From positions 13,888,001 through 13,952,000 of the forward strand of contig NC_135251.1 in the NCBI RefSeq assembly GCF_964204865.1: a stretch of DNA of 64,000 nucleotides. Reading direction: 5' to 3'. Positions 25,301 to 36,445 of the stretch are shown here, piece after piece. Every line of letters begins with the position of its first letter. Within the stretch, counting starts at the first letter, position 1. Source of the stretch: Styela clava. Taxonomy: Eukaryota. The position numbers and the translations under genes are program-made. Below the pieces are notes generated by a model. It saw nothing but the letters and a program-made list of their open reading frames with translations, ran no database searches and was not told the origin of the DNA.

Positions 25301-27667
25301 TCCTATTTTCTATTATTTCTAATTTGTTAAGCAATTTTAGTATTGTCACTTCTAGCCAGTATAAATGAGTCATTAAAATTAGTATATGTGACGAAATGCA
25401 CTGAAAATTTTTTTCAATTGTTTGAAAAAGTGATTCTGGCCAAACACATGGTTTTTCAGTTTTAATAGAATGTAATTACAATTTTTATGGAAAGAAATAG
25501 GAAACAACACCGTTTGTATTGTTTGCCGCTTTGATGCTCCTAATATGTTATCGTTATCCTGTTATTAATGATGACTCAGTGTGTTTATGTAATACAACAT
25601 ATTTATACAACTTTTGCTCTGAATAAGGTTCTGCACAAGCAGCCGTTGCTAGGTAGGGAGCTACCATAGTTTGAAAGGGCAGAATCTTTTCCATTCAGAA
25701 TTGCCTACTTATTTATTACACTCTGGGCGAGGCGCTGGGCTTGGGATTTTAACCTACCAATACGATGTCATGATAGTCAAGTCTAATGTTATAATATGTG
25801 CGGTTTTCTCTCTTCATTAAAGTAATTTCTGGGGAAATAAAATGTTATATGAAATTACACATAAACACATAAAGGCCCCTACCAACTACATTTCAATATC
25901 CCTGGCATACTTTTCAAACTTTTATTTTTACCGTCAGAGGTATTCATAGATTCTATTTCTGACGAAGTTTTAGTTCCTAACCACACCCGTAGGCTGTAAT
26001 TCAGCTCAATTTCTGAAGCCTTGAACATGCTTCAAAGAACTTTCTGAATAGAAAGCTTAATGCTGCCATAGCAATCTCATGGAAAATCTTATCATTATCC
26101 CATCTGTACAGCTTTAAATCCCAGTCATGTTATGTGTTACAAAAGCATTGTTATTAGCAACATACTCATTCAAAATTATTCTGCATTTTATCAGTAGAAG
26201 TTTTAAAAGAATGAAAACTATCTCTAATATTGGTGAAAATAGATTCTAAGACTTTCCATTTTATATTATGAATAAATACATTTCATGAGAGTTATACTGT
26301 TGATCTATATGAATATATATAGAATAACTTACTTGCATGTTAAAAAAGTTATTCCTGTGACCCAATTGAGTCATTATATACAATATTTTTTATGCTTACA
26401 AATTTACAATACATCTCTACTTCCTCTTAAAATGTTCTTTAAATCATTTTTATATGGAATTCATCATTTTGTTTAAATTAAAATGCTGAAAAATCTTTAT
26501 ATCTGCTATTATTGTAATGGACATTAAGATATAAATGTATGGAAATTTGCTCCAAGATTTTGTCACAAAATTGTCAGTGTGTTGACAAGAGTTTTTTTAT
26601 GCCACCTTATAATAAATGTGCTCTATTATTTAAAATGCTATTTTGAAACTTTCATATTGTCATATTAGAAAAATAGTTCAATATTTCATTATTGTTTCAA
26701 AACCGGATTGTAGAAGCCATTATCGTAAGTTGTGATAATTGTAAATTAATATGTTTAAATCCATTGTATATTTCAAATATATATCTTACAACTTTAGTTG
26801 TGATGCTTATTTCTATTTATTAAACTTTTTAGGTGATGCTGAGAAAAATTGGAGAAAGGATACATTTCATTTTAAGAAGAGTGATGAAGCACAGTATAAT
26901 ATTAAAATAACAGGAAGGATGGTATCTAAAGGAGCGTTTGCTATTGCCAATCTTTCAGTAATAGAAGAGAAATGTAAAGAGGTATAAATTCCTATTGAAG
27001 TTAACGTCTAATCTCTAATAATTATCACCATTTAAGTATTGTCACTGTTTTTTTAAATTGGTCTGGACAATAATATAAAATTCAAATTATATTTTATTTT
27101 CAAAAGATTGTTAAAAGTTGAACCGACAGGAACACACAATGCTATTTTAAAATTTATGTATAAAGTGTATCTCACTTTTCACTCTTGAGGAAAGTTATAG
27201 AGAGTGTTTACTGGTATGAAGAGAGCTGCTACTTTAAAATGAATCAAAATCTTTTTGGTTTGGCGTTGCATACCAAATTTTGTTACACTATGGGTCAGGT
27301 CACGGAAGTCAATGAAACAGATCTTTAACTCACGCTCCGACTTTAACAAAGTTGAGTAGACAGTCGTAATCACCATGACGACATCAAGGGCACGAAATCA
27401 TACAAAATTGCTTTTGAACTGCTTTCGTTTTTATTCTGGAATCTTTACTGAGACTGTGAGGTAATGTCTCGCTGTTTCTGTTTGAGATGAATAAGTAACT
27501 TCCAGGTGTCAGGGAAGTTGTACTAAAATATTTTTTATTTTATAGCCTTATCTGCTAAATATCCATTTTTCTGCTTTTATTTAAAACAGGAAAAAACTGA
27601 AAACACAGAAGAAGATGAAGAAATTACTGATGAGGAAAGGAAAGATATTAGTGAAATTGTGAAATAA
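19311..27667 (+). CDS. Uncharacterised type II membrane protein with coiled-coil stalk and divergent MAM-like domain, 11 coding exons, 378 aa
   Basis: Exons: 19311-19409, 19551-19677, 20227-20339, 20704-20813, 21497-21569, 22755-22806, 23490-23645, 24671-24793, 25186-25242, 26833-26981, 27590-27667. All GT-AG, continuous frame, 1137 nt. Signal-anchor MSRIRWVLLALVVFNIFLLYKLW, then an E/K-rich helical region and an acidic linker. The C-terminal pattern CGFEE...C....W / YLFID / C.KLTL / W...F / FAIANLSVIEEKC resembles a MAM domain. The gene model is well supported; the MAM call is pattern-based. Confidence 0.85.
22595..22722 (-). mobile_element. SINE-like family B
   Basis: The plus-strand motif TTCGCTCTGAACAAGGCT.TGCACAAGCAGCC recurs at 24868-24920, 25613-25756, 43097-43250 and 60856-61020, and reversed at 52143-52172. 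The minus strand has a B-box-like GAGTTCAAATCCC. Confidence 0.6.
24113..24323. mobile_element. GG...CC MITE, asymmetric subfamily
   Basis: Homologous to 28025-28242 and 41464-41656 in reverse orientation; flanked by a 7-bp ATTAATT duplication. Confidence 0.85.
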
Positions 27668-28024
27668 ATCCTTTTTTTTTATTGTTTTTATCATTATACT
27701 TTGGTTTTATTTAACAACCATTAATAATATAATCTTTTCTGATATGAAGTTTTCAAACTATGCTAGATTTTTATAGCACTAAATATGAAGCTGAAGATAA
27801 TCATGTCATGTGAGTGGCATCAATGATCTCACTTTTATTTTACTCATTTTATTTAAAAAATAATAGAGATCTTGGGTGTATTCTCAGTTCTAAATTTTTT
27901 TCAATTATGCATCAAAATTACACATCAATGTCGATGTCATGGTAATTGTCAAAATTTTGTATTGCAATTAAAAAATTTCAAAAATTCTGAATTGAGCTGT
28001 TTTGGCCGCTCTATGGCAAATTTC

Positions 28025-28242
28025 GGCGCTCCAGAGGTGTGTTTATCAATATGGAGGTAACTAATTTTGTTCGCCTAATTTACATCAAGTTGTGTAAAGG
28101 AACTGAAACCTGGCTATGGGCTGGGGGATATTCAATTGGCTAACACAAACAGTCCCCGAACTCGTAATGGAACGAAAATAAGGAAAAATCAGAATAAAAT
28201 TATGGCCTAACTCTAACCTGGTACACACACTACGGGAGTACC
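28025..28242. mobile_element. GG...CC MITE, asymmetric subfamily
   Basis: GGCGCTCCAGAGGTGTG...CTACGGGAGTACC; degenerate TSD CAAATTTC/AAAATATC. Confidence 0.85.
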
Positions 28243-31200
28243 AAAATATCTGCTATTAATCTGTCCTTAATGCTGACGACCCTTGTTTCCATCACTCTTG
28301 CTTCAGAAATATTATATTTTTGGCGGCTCTTCAACTCTTCAACATAAAATCAATTTTATTTAAAAGTTATATACTACTGTATTCCTTTTTTTTCATGGGC
28401 AATATTACGGATCATTGCGGTACATTCACACACCAAAGAGCTTGTTCTTTCAAAATGGTAATTTGTCACCTTATGTTTATATAAATGTCAGGAAATATAG
28501 TTCCAAATTTAAATATTTTCACTGATATATATCACAGTCCATCGATTTTGATTAAATAAAATTGGAGGAATTACCGTAGGTGGCATTATACATAATTTTC
28601 CCCAAAGATCTGAAATAATGTTTTCTCTATTTTATTTGTCTTTTGTATATTGTTATTTGTCCTTGTTACTGGTCACCACTCAATTTAGTAATATGCTTTT
28701 CTAAGTTTTTTTGTCTCACTAATTAGCTGTATATCTAATATCTACATAATTTATGTTGTAGCAATGTTTGGGAAGTCAGGAAAAAATATCTTGGTGGCAA
28801 ATACAATAAAAAAAATCTTGTTATTGTCATAATGTCAAATTTATGAAAAATAGGAGGTGTGCGTATTTGTGACAGTTTTTCCTAAACATGGTGAATCAAT
28901 ATAGTACTGAAACTGTTGTCGTGTTATTAAAATCGGTTAGTTATTATGTGTGTGTTTCTCAAATATTATACAATAGGAATCAAAAGATTCAGTGAAAACA
29001 AAATCCGGTTTCTTGTTCATTAATAGAATCTATTTGTTTGTGGAAAATTACTAGTTAATTTGTAGAAGCACATATCAAGATTCTTCTGCATACTAATTCA
29101 ATATTAAAGGATTAAACAAAACAAATCATTTTGACATTTTTAAACACAGTTTGACCAAAATTCATACCAATTTGTCTTTGGTATTGTGTGGGTTTCACCT
29201 TTAATAGTGCGAATAAGACCATTAGTTATCACACCACCCTCTTTTCAATTCTACATTTACACATTCAGTTTTGTGTTTTTTTGTTCACATTGCACAAAAC
29301 AATATTTCGTGGTGAAAATTATATGGTAAAGCAACTTTGCTTTCGTTATTTGTTTCCACTGACGATATAATTTGTTTGTCGTCTAGATTTCTTTTTAATT
29401 TCTTATTCAGTGGATAAATGTAATGATGACCACAATCGTAATGGGCTTGTTTCTTCTAAACTATTGAGTCAGTAACTAACATTCAATCATGTATTTCACC
29501 AAAACAATAATAGAAAAAGATTTTCCATTCCATTGCTCCGAATCTAGAACCTGCTGACATATTGAAAGTATATCATCTAGTAATGTAACACTAACTTAGC
29601 ATTGAATACCTCAATATTTATTTCAATCTGTCATTGTCCAAAACGTGTCGTGATTGCTAGACTAAAAATGCTTCATCTTCAAGCAACATTCAAGTGATCT
29701 GCTAGAATTACTAACGACATCAGAAACTCCGAATAGATTTCTAGAATGCAACTTGGTAGCATCCTATGTATATTCAAACATTTATTTTCTTTATAGACAT
29801 TAAGTTTCACATTTGGGAATAGCTTACACAGATTTGATGAGCTTTTAAGTGTTGTATCATGTTATTGACTAACATTCCCAAAGCGAAACAATGCAAATAG
29901 GGTAATGCTGTAAAAATTACGAAAATACTTTGTAGAAAAGTGATTTTTATTTTGAAAGTATATATTAATCCATTCCATTAATGTTGTCTTAATAATATCG
30001 GAAATGTGTTTATTTTATTAAAAACGTTCAACAAAAATAACTTTTATTTTTGGGTTAGTAATTAAAATGCAAATAAATTGTTATAAAACTGCTTCAGTCT
30101 TCAACTTGTGTTGTGCAAAAGTTCCAAGTCATAACCAAATTTGCTGTGTCATTATTTAAACTTTTTTTTCTTGTTTTTATGAGCAACTTCTTTGGACAGG
30201 CAATGAAGTAGTTTTTTTTTTGAAGCTTGATGCAAGTTTGAGTATTTCTATTTTCCTCTTTTTCGTCATAATGCAAATTTTGTGTCTTAATATGGTGGAT
30301 AATAGGATTGTAATTTGTCATATTGTTAATGTACTGAAATCCTAATATTTATCATGGTTTAATAATAAACAAACAATGACCACTCAGCTATCTGTTTGTG
30401 GGTAACTTTTTGAGAACAATTCTTACGACAAATTTTGTTTTCCATTGCGTCCTAAGTGTAAATTATCAATATTATGGATGCTGCTGACAGCCTCAAATGA
30501 TAGATGATTTATTGTGTCATTACTATGTACGTAATGTCGAAAATTACTGTGGGTATTTTGTTATTGGGATTTGTTGGTGTGGCATATATATGTATCTTTA
30601 CACAAAAACTCCAGGCTATGTCTTAACAATTTGTTTTTTTATTATAGCTTCTCAAACAAGAAGTCAGTGGATAGCTTTGTTTAACACTTTATTACAAGGT
30701 TTTTCAAGTGTCGACCCATGATCTAGTTTTCACTTGTTTCCGGGTTGCCTTAGATAGAATCTTTTGGCATTTCCACCAGCTTGCGATGGAATATTTTCAA
30801 GATTTAGTATATCATTGTGATAATATTAATCTTTCTTTTCATCAAAGTGTCCATTACTATAATTTGCACTCTTATTTTAAATATAACATAATCCATTGAA
30901 ATTAAATGTGTAAATCATTAATTTTCGTTGGATTTTGCATATAAACTTCATTGAATGTAAGACACTAGATTTGATAGCAATATATTGCATTGTTTGGTTG
31001 CATGGCCAATGACCGTCCAGGCAAGCGGTGAAAGACTTTTAACATTTGTGGCCTTTTGCTATTTTATAAAAATACCTAGTTTTAATTTTAATGTAGCCCT
31101 CGCAAATGGTATGTGGTGGAGACGCTTGATAATTCCCACCTTGAAAACCCTTATCTAACAGCAAGTTGGGCAATCATCTACTCGCATATCCATATTGTGG

Positions 31201-32525
31201 AGTATCCTGTTGTCAGAGGCCATCGCTCTGGTATTTGCGCTCCACGCCTTGTCAAACTGGATAACACACACAGAGGGGTTTCGCACAAGAATGAACTTTT
31301 TGGAACGTTAATGTAAGTTGTAGAATACGAGTGTTTTATTTGACTTACAACTTCCATGGCCTCATGAGAAGCAAATTGTATGAATTCATGAAAATTGGTT
31401 TAGGCTGTCCCAGTCAAAACTGCGTTACACAAATTGTCTCTCGTCTTGGATTGAGAATACAATCGTCATTCGGCACCACGTTGTGTTCATTATGTACTGA
31501 TATTTACATGAGCACATCTGGTTATAACGTAAAATAGAAGGTAAGCGTTTAGAATAGTGATATATAGCGGATAGCTTTTGGAGCCAGCTCGCGACGAAGT
31601 TGCATTGAAGAAAATTTGCGATTTTTACCATTGCAAACATGATGAATCGTAGTAGCTTTGCACCCGTCATGCGTCAACACGCCACAGCCTGTGCTGTATT
31701 TATACAATTTGTGATTCTAATACCAAACCAGCCTTGGTAAAAATCTGATCGTACCCGTGTTAAATGAATTTTGAATGGAAGGCAATTTTGAATAAAAGCC
31801 TGAGCGACTGAACCCAAACGAGTAGTTGTAGCATTGCATAATGCGACTTGTCCACATCGAAGTTAAGATGCCACTGGGTGCATATCTCGAAGAACGTGTA
31901 ATTTCACTATTTTTAAAGGCATACTCAGCAGCAGGTTGAGTGTGATACGATAAATTTGTGACACATGGATCTACTGTATGCGTGTCATCGTCGAAAAGTC
32001 AAACGCGCGAAATTGCACGCATCCGCCTTACAAAGCTACGTCTAAATTGAACAAATGAAGTAATACCCATCTTCCTAAATGACACAATACTCATGTCAAA
32101 TGTATGTTTTGTGGTTTTGTAGATCAACAGAAGGACTCGCGAGTGCTTTCATCGTTGCGATTTCCGCGACATCCTCTCCGGGTCAAGAAAAAGTTTCACA
32201 AGTGCCCTTTACCCACTTACTGTACACTTTTCGTCAGTTGGCCTACTCGAAACATCGAATATTGTCGAATTATCTTTTAAATCAATTTAAAAACCTTTGG
32301 GTGCCAACCAATAATTTTGCTTCCGTCGAGAGTGCTTATTGACGCTCGCTTCAGTAGTTATCCATTCCAAATAAATTTCGGCAAAGTATACGGTTGTCAA
32401 TGTGTAAAGTTTGAGATGTCTTGCAGTATTACGTCCTATTTCACTAAACTTTTGGCTTTTAACGCAAGTGTTTACTGGAATGTGCTTTTAAATAATTCGG
32501 GATCTAGTCAGTTCATGGACCTATC

Positions 32526-33623
32526 ATGAAGGAACGGGCATTATCACCCGTAGGCTCTAAGAATGTTGGCAGTCCAACTCTTCGGAGACAGTCATCTACT
32601 AAGAAAACACTAAAACGGCGGAGGGTAAAAGTTGCTGGATGCGATGAAGACATAAACAAGTCCGTCCAAGATTTTTTATCAGCTGTACGAGATGTCCCAG
32701 TAAAGCGAGAGACTCGGTTTAAACCGTTACCAGCTATTGGCAGCAAAATAGATACGGACGATTCTGATGCGACAAGTAACACCATCCAATTAGAGAAACT
32801 TGCTTTTACCGATTCATCTACATCAGGACTAGCCAAATATGCTGAGTTAGATGAAATTCTTTCCAGTTCATTTGGATCGCCAACAGAAAAGAATGAAAAT
32901 GTATTAGAACAACCGACAGATGTCAAATTTTGTAACTCACCTAATGTTAACCTAACCAAAATCAGAATGACATCTAGAAATCAAGTCCGTCGGTCGCGAG
33001 GTAAGGATGAAACAGAACTTCTAGAAGAGAAATACGTTCCCACTTTCCAGCATCTCGAAAAACAAGAAGTCATAAATAATTCGCCGAGGACAAGTGCCGA
33101 CATTATGAAAGATTTAAAACAGTGTTCTATTGCGGTTACCGCAATGTCACCTATGTTCACCAGAGCGCGAGTTTCGCGAAATGACTCAAGGGATATTTTC
33201 AAAAGTCGTAGAAAACACCAGCAATCAGACATGTTTACTTCTAGTGAAAATGTACATACGTCTCTCACTCCAGAAACTAAACGTCTAATTGTAAAAGAAA
33301 GTGATGCAAATCTTGAAAACACAAATGAGGAGCAACAATCTCTGTCTCCTTTTTGGAAAGATGGATGCGACGGAATACTGACTCCTCCGAAACGTATGAG
33401 TAGACGAAACATTCTACGTATATCTCCCAAACACGGAGACTCGGGGTTACAAGTAACGAACAATTTAAATGGAAGATATGATCCTACCTCACTATGTTCA
33501 CCAGATTCAAAATTTGATTTAGTCGATATACCAGCGAGAAAACCTCGTTTGCCTCGCCGTTGCGGTTACAACAAATACCTCCCACCACTGTCAAAGACTA
33601 CATTTCGTGGCGATGAATCTTGA
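32526..33623 (+). CDS. Intronless uncharacterised 365-aa Ser/Thr-Pro-rich, basic, probably disordered protein
   Basis: Longest ORF in the window (1098 nt), with higher GC than the AT-rich flanks. Good ATG context (ATCATGA). Candidate splice acceptor upstream at 32122. No domain I recognise. Confidence 0.75.
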   Translation: MKERALSPVGSKNVGSPTLRRQSSTKKTLKRRRVKVAGCDEDINKSVQDFLSAVRDVPVKRETRFKPLPAIGSKIDTDDSDATSNTIQLEKLAFTDSSTSGLAKYAELDEILSSSFGSPTEKNENVLEQPTDVKFCNSPNVNLTKIRMTSRNQVRRSRGKDETELLEEKYVPTFQHLEKQEVINNSPRTSADIMKDLKQCSIAVTAMSPMFTRARVSRNDSRDIFKSRRKHQQSDMFTSSENVHTSLTPETKRLIVKESDANLENTNEEQQSLSPFWKDGCDGILTPPKRMSRRNILRISPKHGDSGLQVTNNLNGRYDPTSLCSPDSKFDLVDIPARKPRLPRRCGYNKYLPPLSKTTFRGDES

Positions 33624-35587
33624 TGCCTCATTCTGTTTTCTTTGTCTTTATAAAAAGTCGTAAATATATTTTGAAGTTGTACTAAAAATGAGTGGCATTC
33701 AAAACAGCGCAGTACCTAACCGATCGTTAAATTCATATATATTCAGAATATAATTGAAGAAATAGGAACGAAATTTCCTGTAGTTAACCTACCACTTTGA
33801 TACCCGCATTTAAATTAGAATTATTTGTGAATATTAATTAAAATATATTTTACATGCATTTGTTAAAAAAGTCTTGTGAATCCAGATTTCGACTGATTTT
33901 AAAAAGTTGCTGAAATGCAATACTACGAATATATTTTTAAGGTATTCCGAACTAAAATGACTTTTAACATTTGTTTAGTAGACTTTCGCTCAACAAAAGG
34001 CTATTTTTTTGGGGGGTCTTTTGTACATAGTCCTCACCACTAATGCAAAAATGTAAGATTTAAGACAAAACACCCGCGTCACGTTTTAAAATTAAAATGA
34101 AAAATTATCCCGTTAAGGTTAGGAATGATTCGAAAATTCGAAATTACCAGTGCAATCTGCATTCAACCCTAACTGAATATTTTTTTATTTTGAGCGTTGG
34201 GGGGTGTTTATTGGCCAGTGCTTTGTGCAAAACATTCCTTTTTTGCTTTATTCTAGAATCGTATTACAGAACTGTTTTATTGCATTTGGAAAAATGTTAA
34301 ACAGCATATTTGTCAAAGAAATTGTGACAAGCATTTGTTATATGAACTGACTTATTGGTGTATGAACTTTTGATTTTTTACACTGTACTTTTGTCGAAAC
34401 AGCATGCCCATGCCTCGTTATACATATACGAAAAAACAGTATATCTGCTCTAATATATATATAAATCTTATACGGATACATGATTTTTCCATCCCTAACT
34501 GGTGAATAAGAGGCGATTGTAGATACATATTTGCTGTCGTTTTAGGCCTACGTTATGTTTAACTATTCTATCTTTTATACTTGTGATTTCAAAATATACT
34601 AATGAGCAAAAAACTGAATGCACTCGTTATAATTGATAGATATTCAGAAATAGGCATGAACAACTACGTTTCTTATATATGCATTATATATTATTTGCTT
34701 ACTAACGAGACCGAACTAGCCTTCATTTTTATGTATACGACTACGGATGCGCGTACGCCGGTTCATGTCAAAGTTACACTGTTTTCCAGCTAGGAAGCTA
34801 AATATTTATTGTTCATTTTTGAAACAGATTACTCTTTCCTATCCCAAATATGACCTGCACTAATGACATGTAACGCGTTAAAACTGCACACCACCCACCA
34901 GAGAGAAAGAGTTTATTTGTTTTGTTCCCCACAAAATATATACGCAACAAAACATAATTGGACACGTCGGTGGACATAAAGATCGTTTCAATATTATGTC
35001 CTGTTTTCTTCTCCTTCGTCATGATAAAATCACCTTTCTCTTCGAATAATGGAACAATTGCTTAGAAATTTTCAGTGGTTAAAGATTGATTTTTTCGTCA
35101 GAAGGCTATTACTTTTACTTATTTCAAAAATTTCTGTGGACTTCAAGAGATTCGTTTTTATGTGTCATAATAAAAAAAAATAGTGACACTTTGTGATGTG
35201 TCCATATATTTGAGCATAGCTCTCTCGTTAATAGAAAGCAAAATAGTTCTCGTTAAAGACTGGGTGGCAACGATACGACCATGCGGTCATCGGGGTCGGT
35301 TACCGCCCAATATTAATATCAATAAATATGAATCAAAAACGCTTCAGATATGGTTTAACATATTCCAGGTGTATTCAAAGCAATATTAAATTTCAATGGA
35401 AAGAAAAACAAAAAAAAAATGCGTTACATATACGCAATTGGCAAGTAATATATATGCGTTAAAAACTAAGTAAAATGCCAGACAAATTACACACTTGATC
35501 AAGTGTGGTATTGGCCGAATTTGACAAAATTACAAGACTTGAGGAGAGAAGATTCAACAGTACGCTCCTCATTGGTGCAGATACCGA

Positions 35588-35800
35588 CAGTGGTGGGATT
35601 CAGCCGGTTCGCATCGGTTCTATAGAACGATAGAACGTAGTAGTATATATTTACGATAGAACCGTCTCACTGAATTTTATAAGATCAGCAAACCGGTTAG
35701 CATTACTGGTTACTGTCAATGTTCTGTTTGCAACAGAACCGGCTGAAAAAAATGGTTTTTGTGAAGAAACCGGCTGACAAAAATTAGAATCCCACCACTG
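35588..35800. mobile_element. hAT MITE upstream of the ABCA3 first coding exon
   Basis: TIR CAGTGGTGGGATTC / GAATCCCACCACTG, perfect 8-bp TSD GATACCGA, subterminal AACCGG repeats. Confidence 0.92.
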
Positions 35801-36167
35801 GATACCGATATTGCTTAAATCTTTGACCTGCATTTTTTATGATAAAAATTTAACTGTTCGCCATTCCTATGCTCTACTGCCAGCTAGCGAGTCTATATTG
35901 CTATTCTATAACCAGAGACAATACATTGTTGTGTAACATTCATGTTATCGAGAGAGAAAACTAGAGCTATTGCTAGCGTAAAAATCACATGATTATGTAA
36001 CATTTCTGAATTGATTATTCAATTTTAGTACGAGGCGTGACATGTCTGCATGCGGTAATGTGTAGAAGTGTTTTTATGTCAGAAAATACAGATATACCCG
36101 TAGCGGTCATGTTGGCAGATGAAACCATCTTATTGCAATTTTTGGGGGTCAAAAGTAAAATGTTATT

Positions 36168-36285
36168 TCAACTTTACCCCAGAAAAAAATTATTGTGACA
36201 TAACAATCACCCAATTTAGAACTGTAGTTTCAACTTTCCCCAGAAAAAGTATTGTGACATAACAATCACCTCATTTTAAACTGTG
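36168..36285. repeat. About 60-bp tandem duplication
   Basis: TTTCAACTTT.CCCCAGAAAAA.TATTGTGACATAACAATCACC...AACTGT occurs twice. Confidence 0.9.
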
Positions 36286-36445
36286 TTTGTAAATACTTGT
36301 AGATAATTCTATTGATAAAAAGATCACTGTCTCTGTACCACTTTACACAGATGTTATTTCAAATTATGTAGTTTTATTGAATTTGCTCATATATCAGTAT
36401 ATTGAACAAGAGTGAAGGTTATTGAAGTGGCTATATTTTGCCAGC

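Noticed and set aside
27449-27470. let-7-like miRNA (TGAGGTA in a short hairpin)
   Set aside because: Only the seed matches, and the hairpin is far too short for a pre-miRNA.
28250-31000. Coding gene in the AT-rich gap
   Set aside because: Only short low-complexity ORFs and no coherent exon chain; probably 3' UTR or intergenic DNA.
32513-33463. Antisense ORFs of 148 and 160 aa
   Set aside because: Shadow frames of the 365-aa plus-strand ORF, with no independent support.
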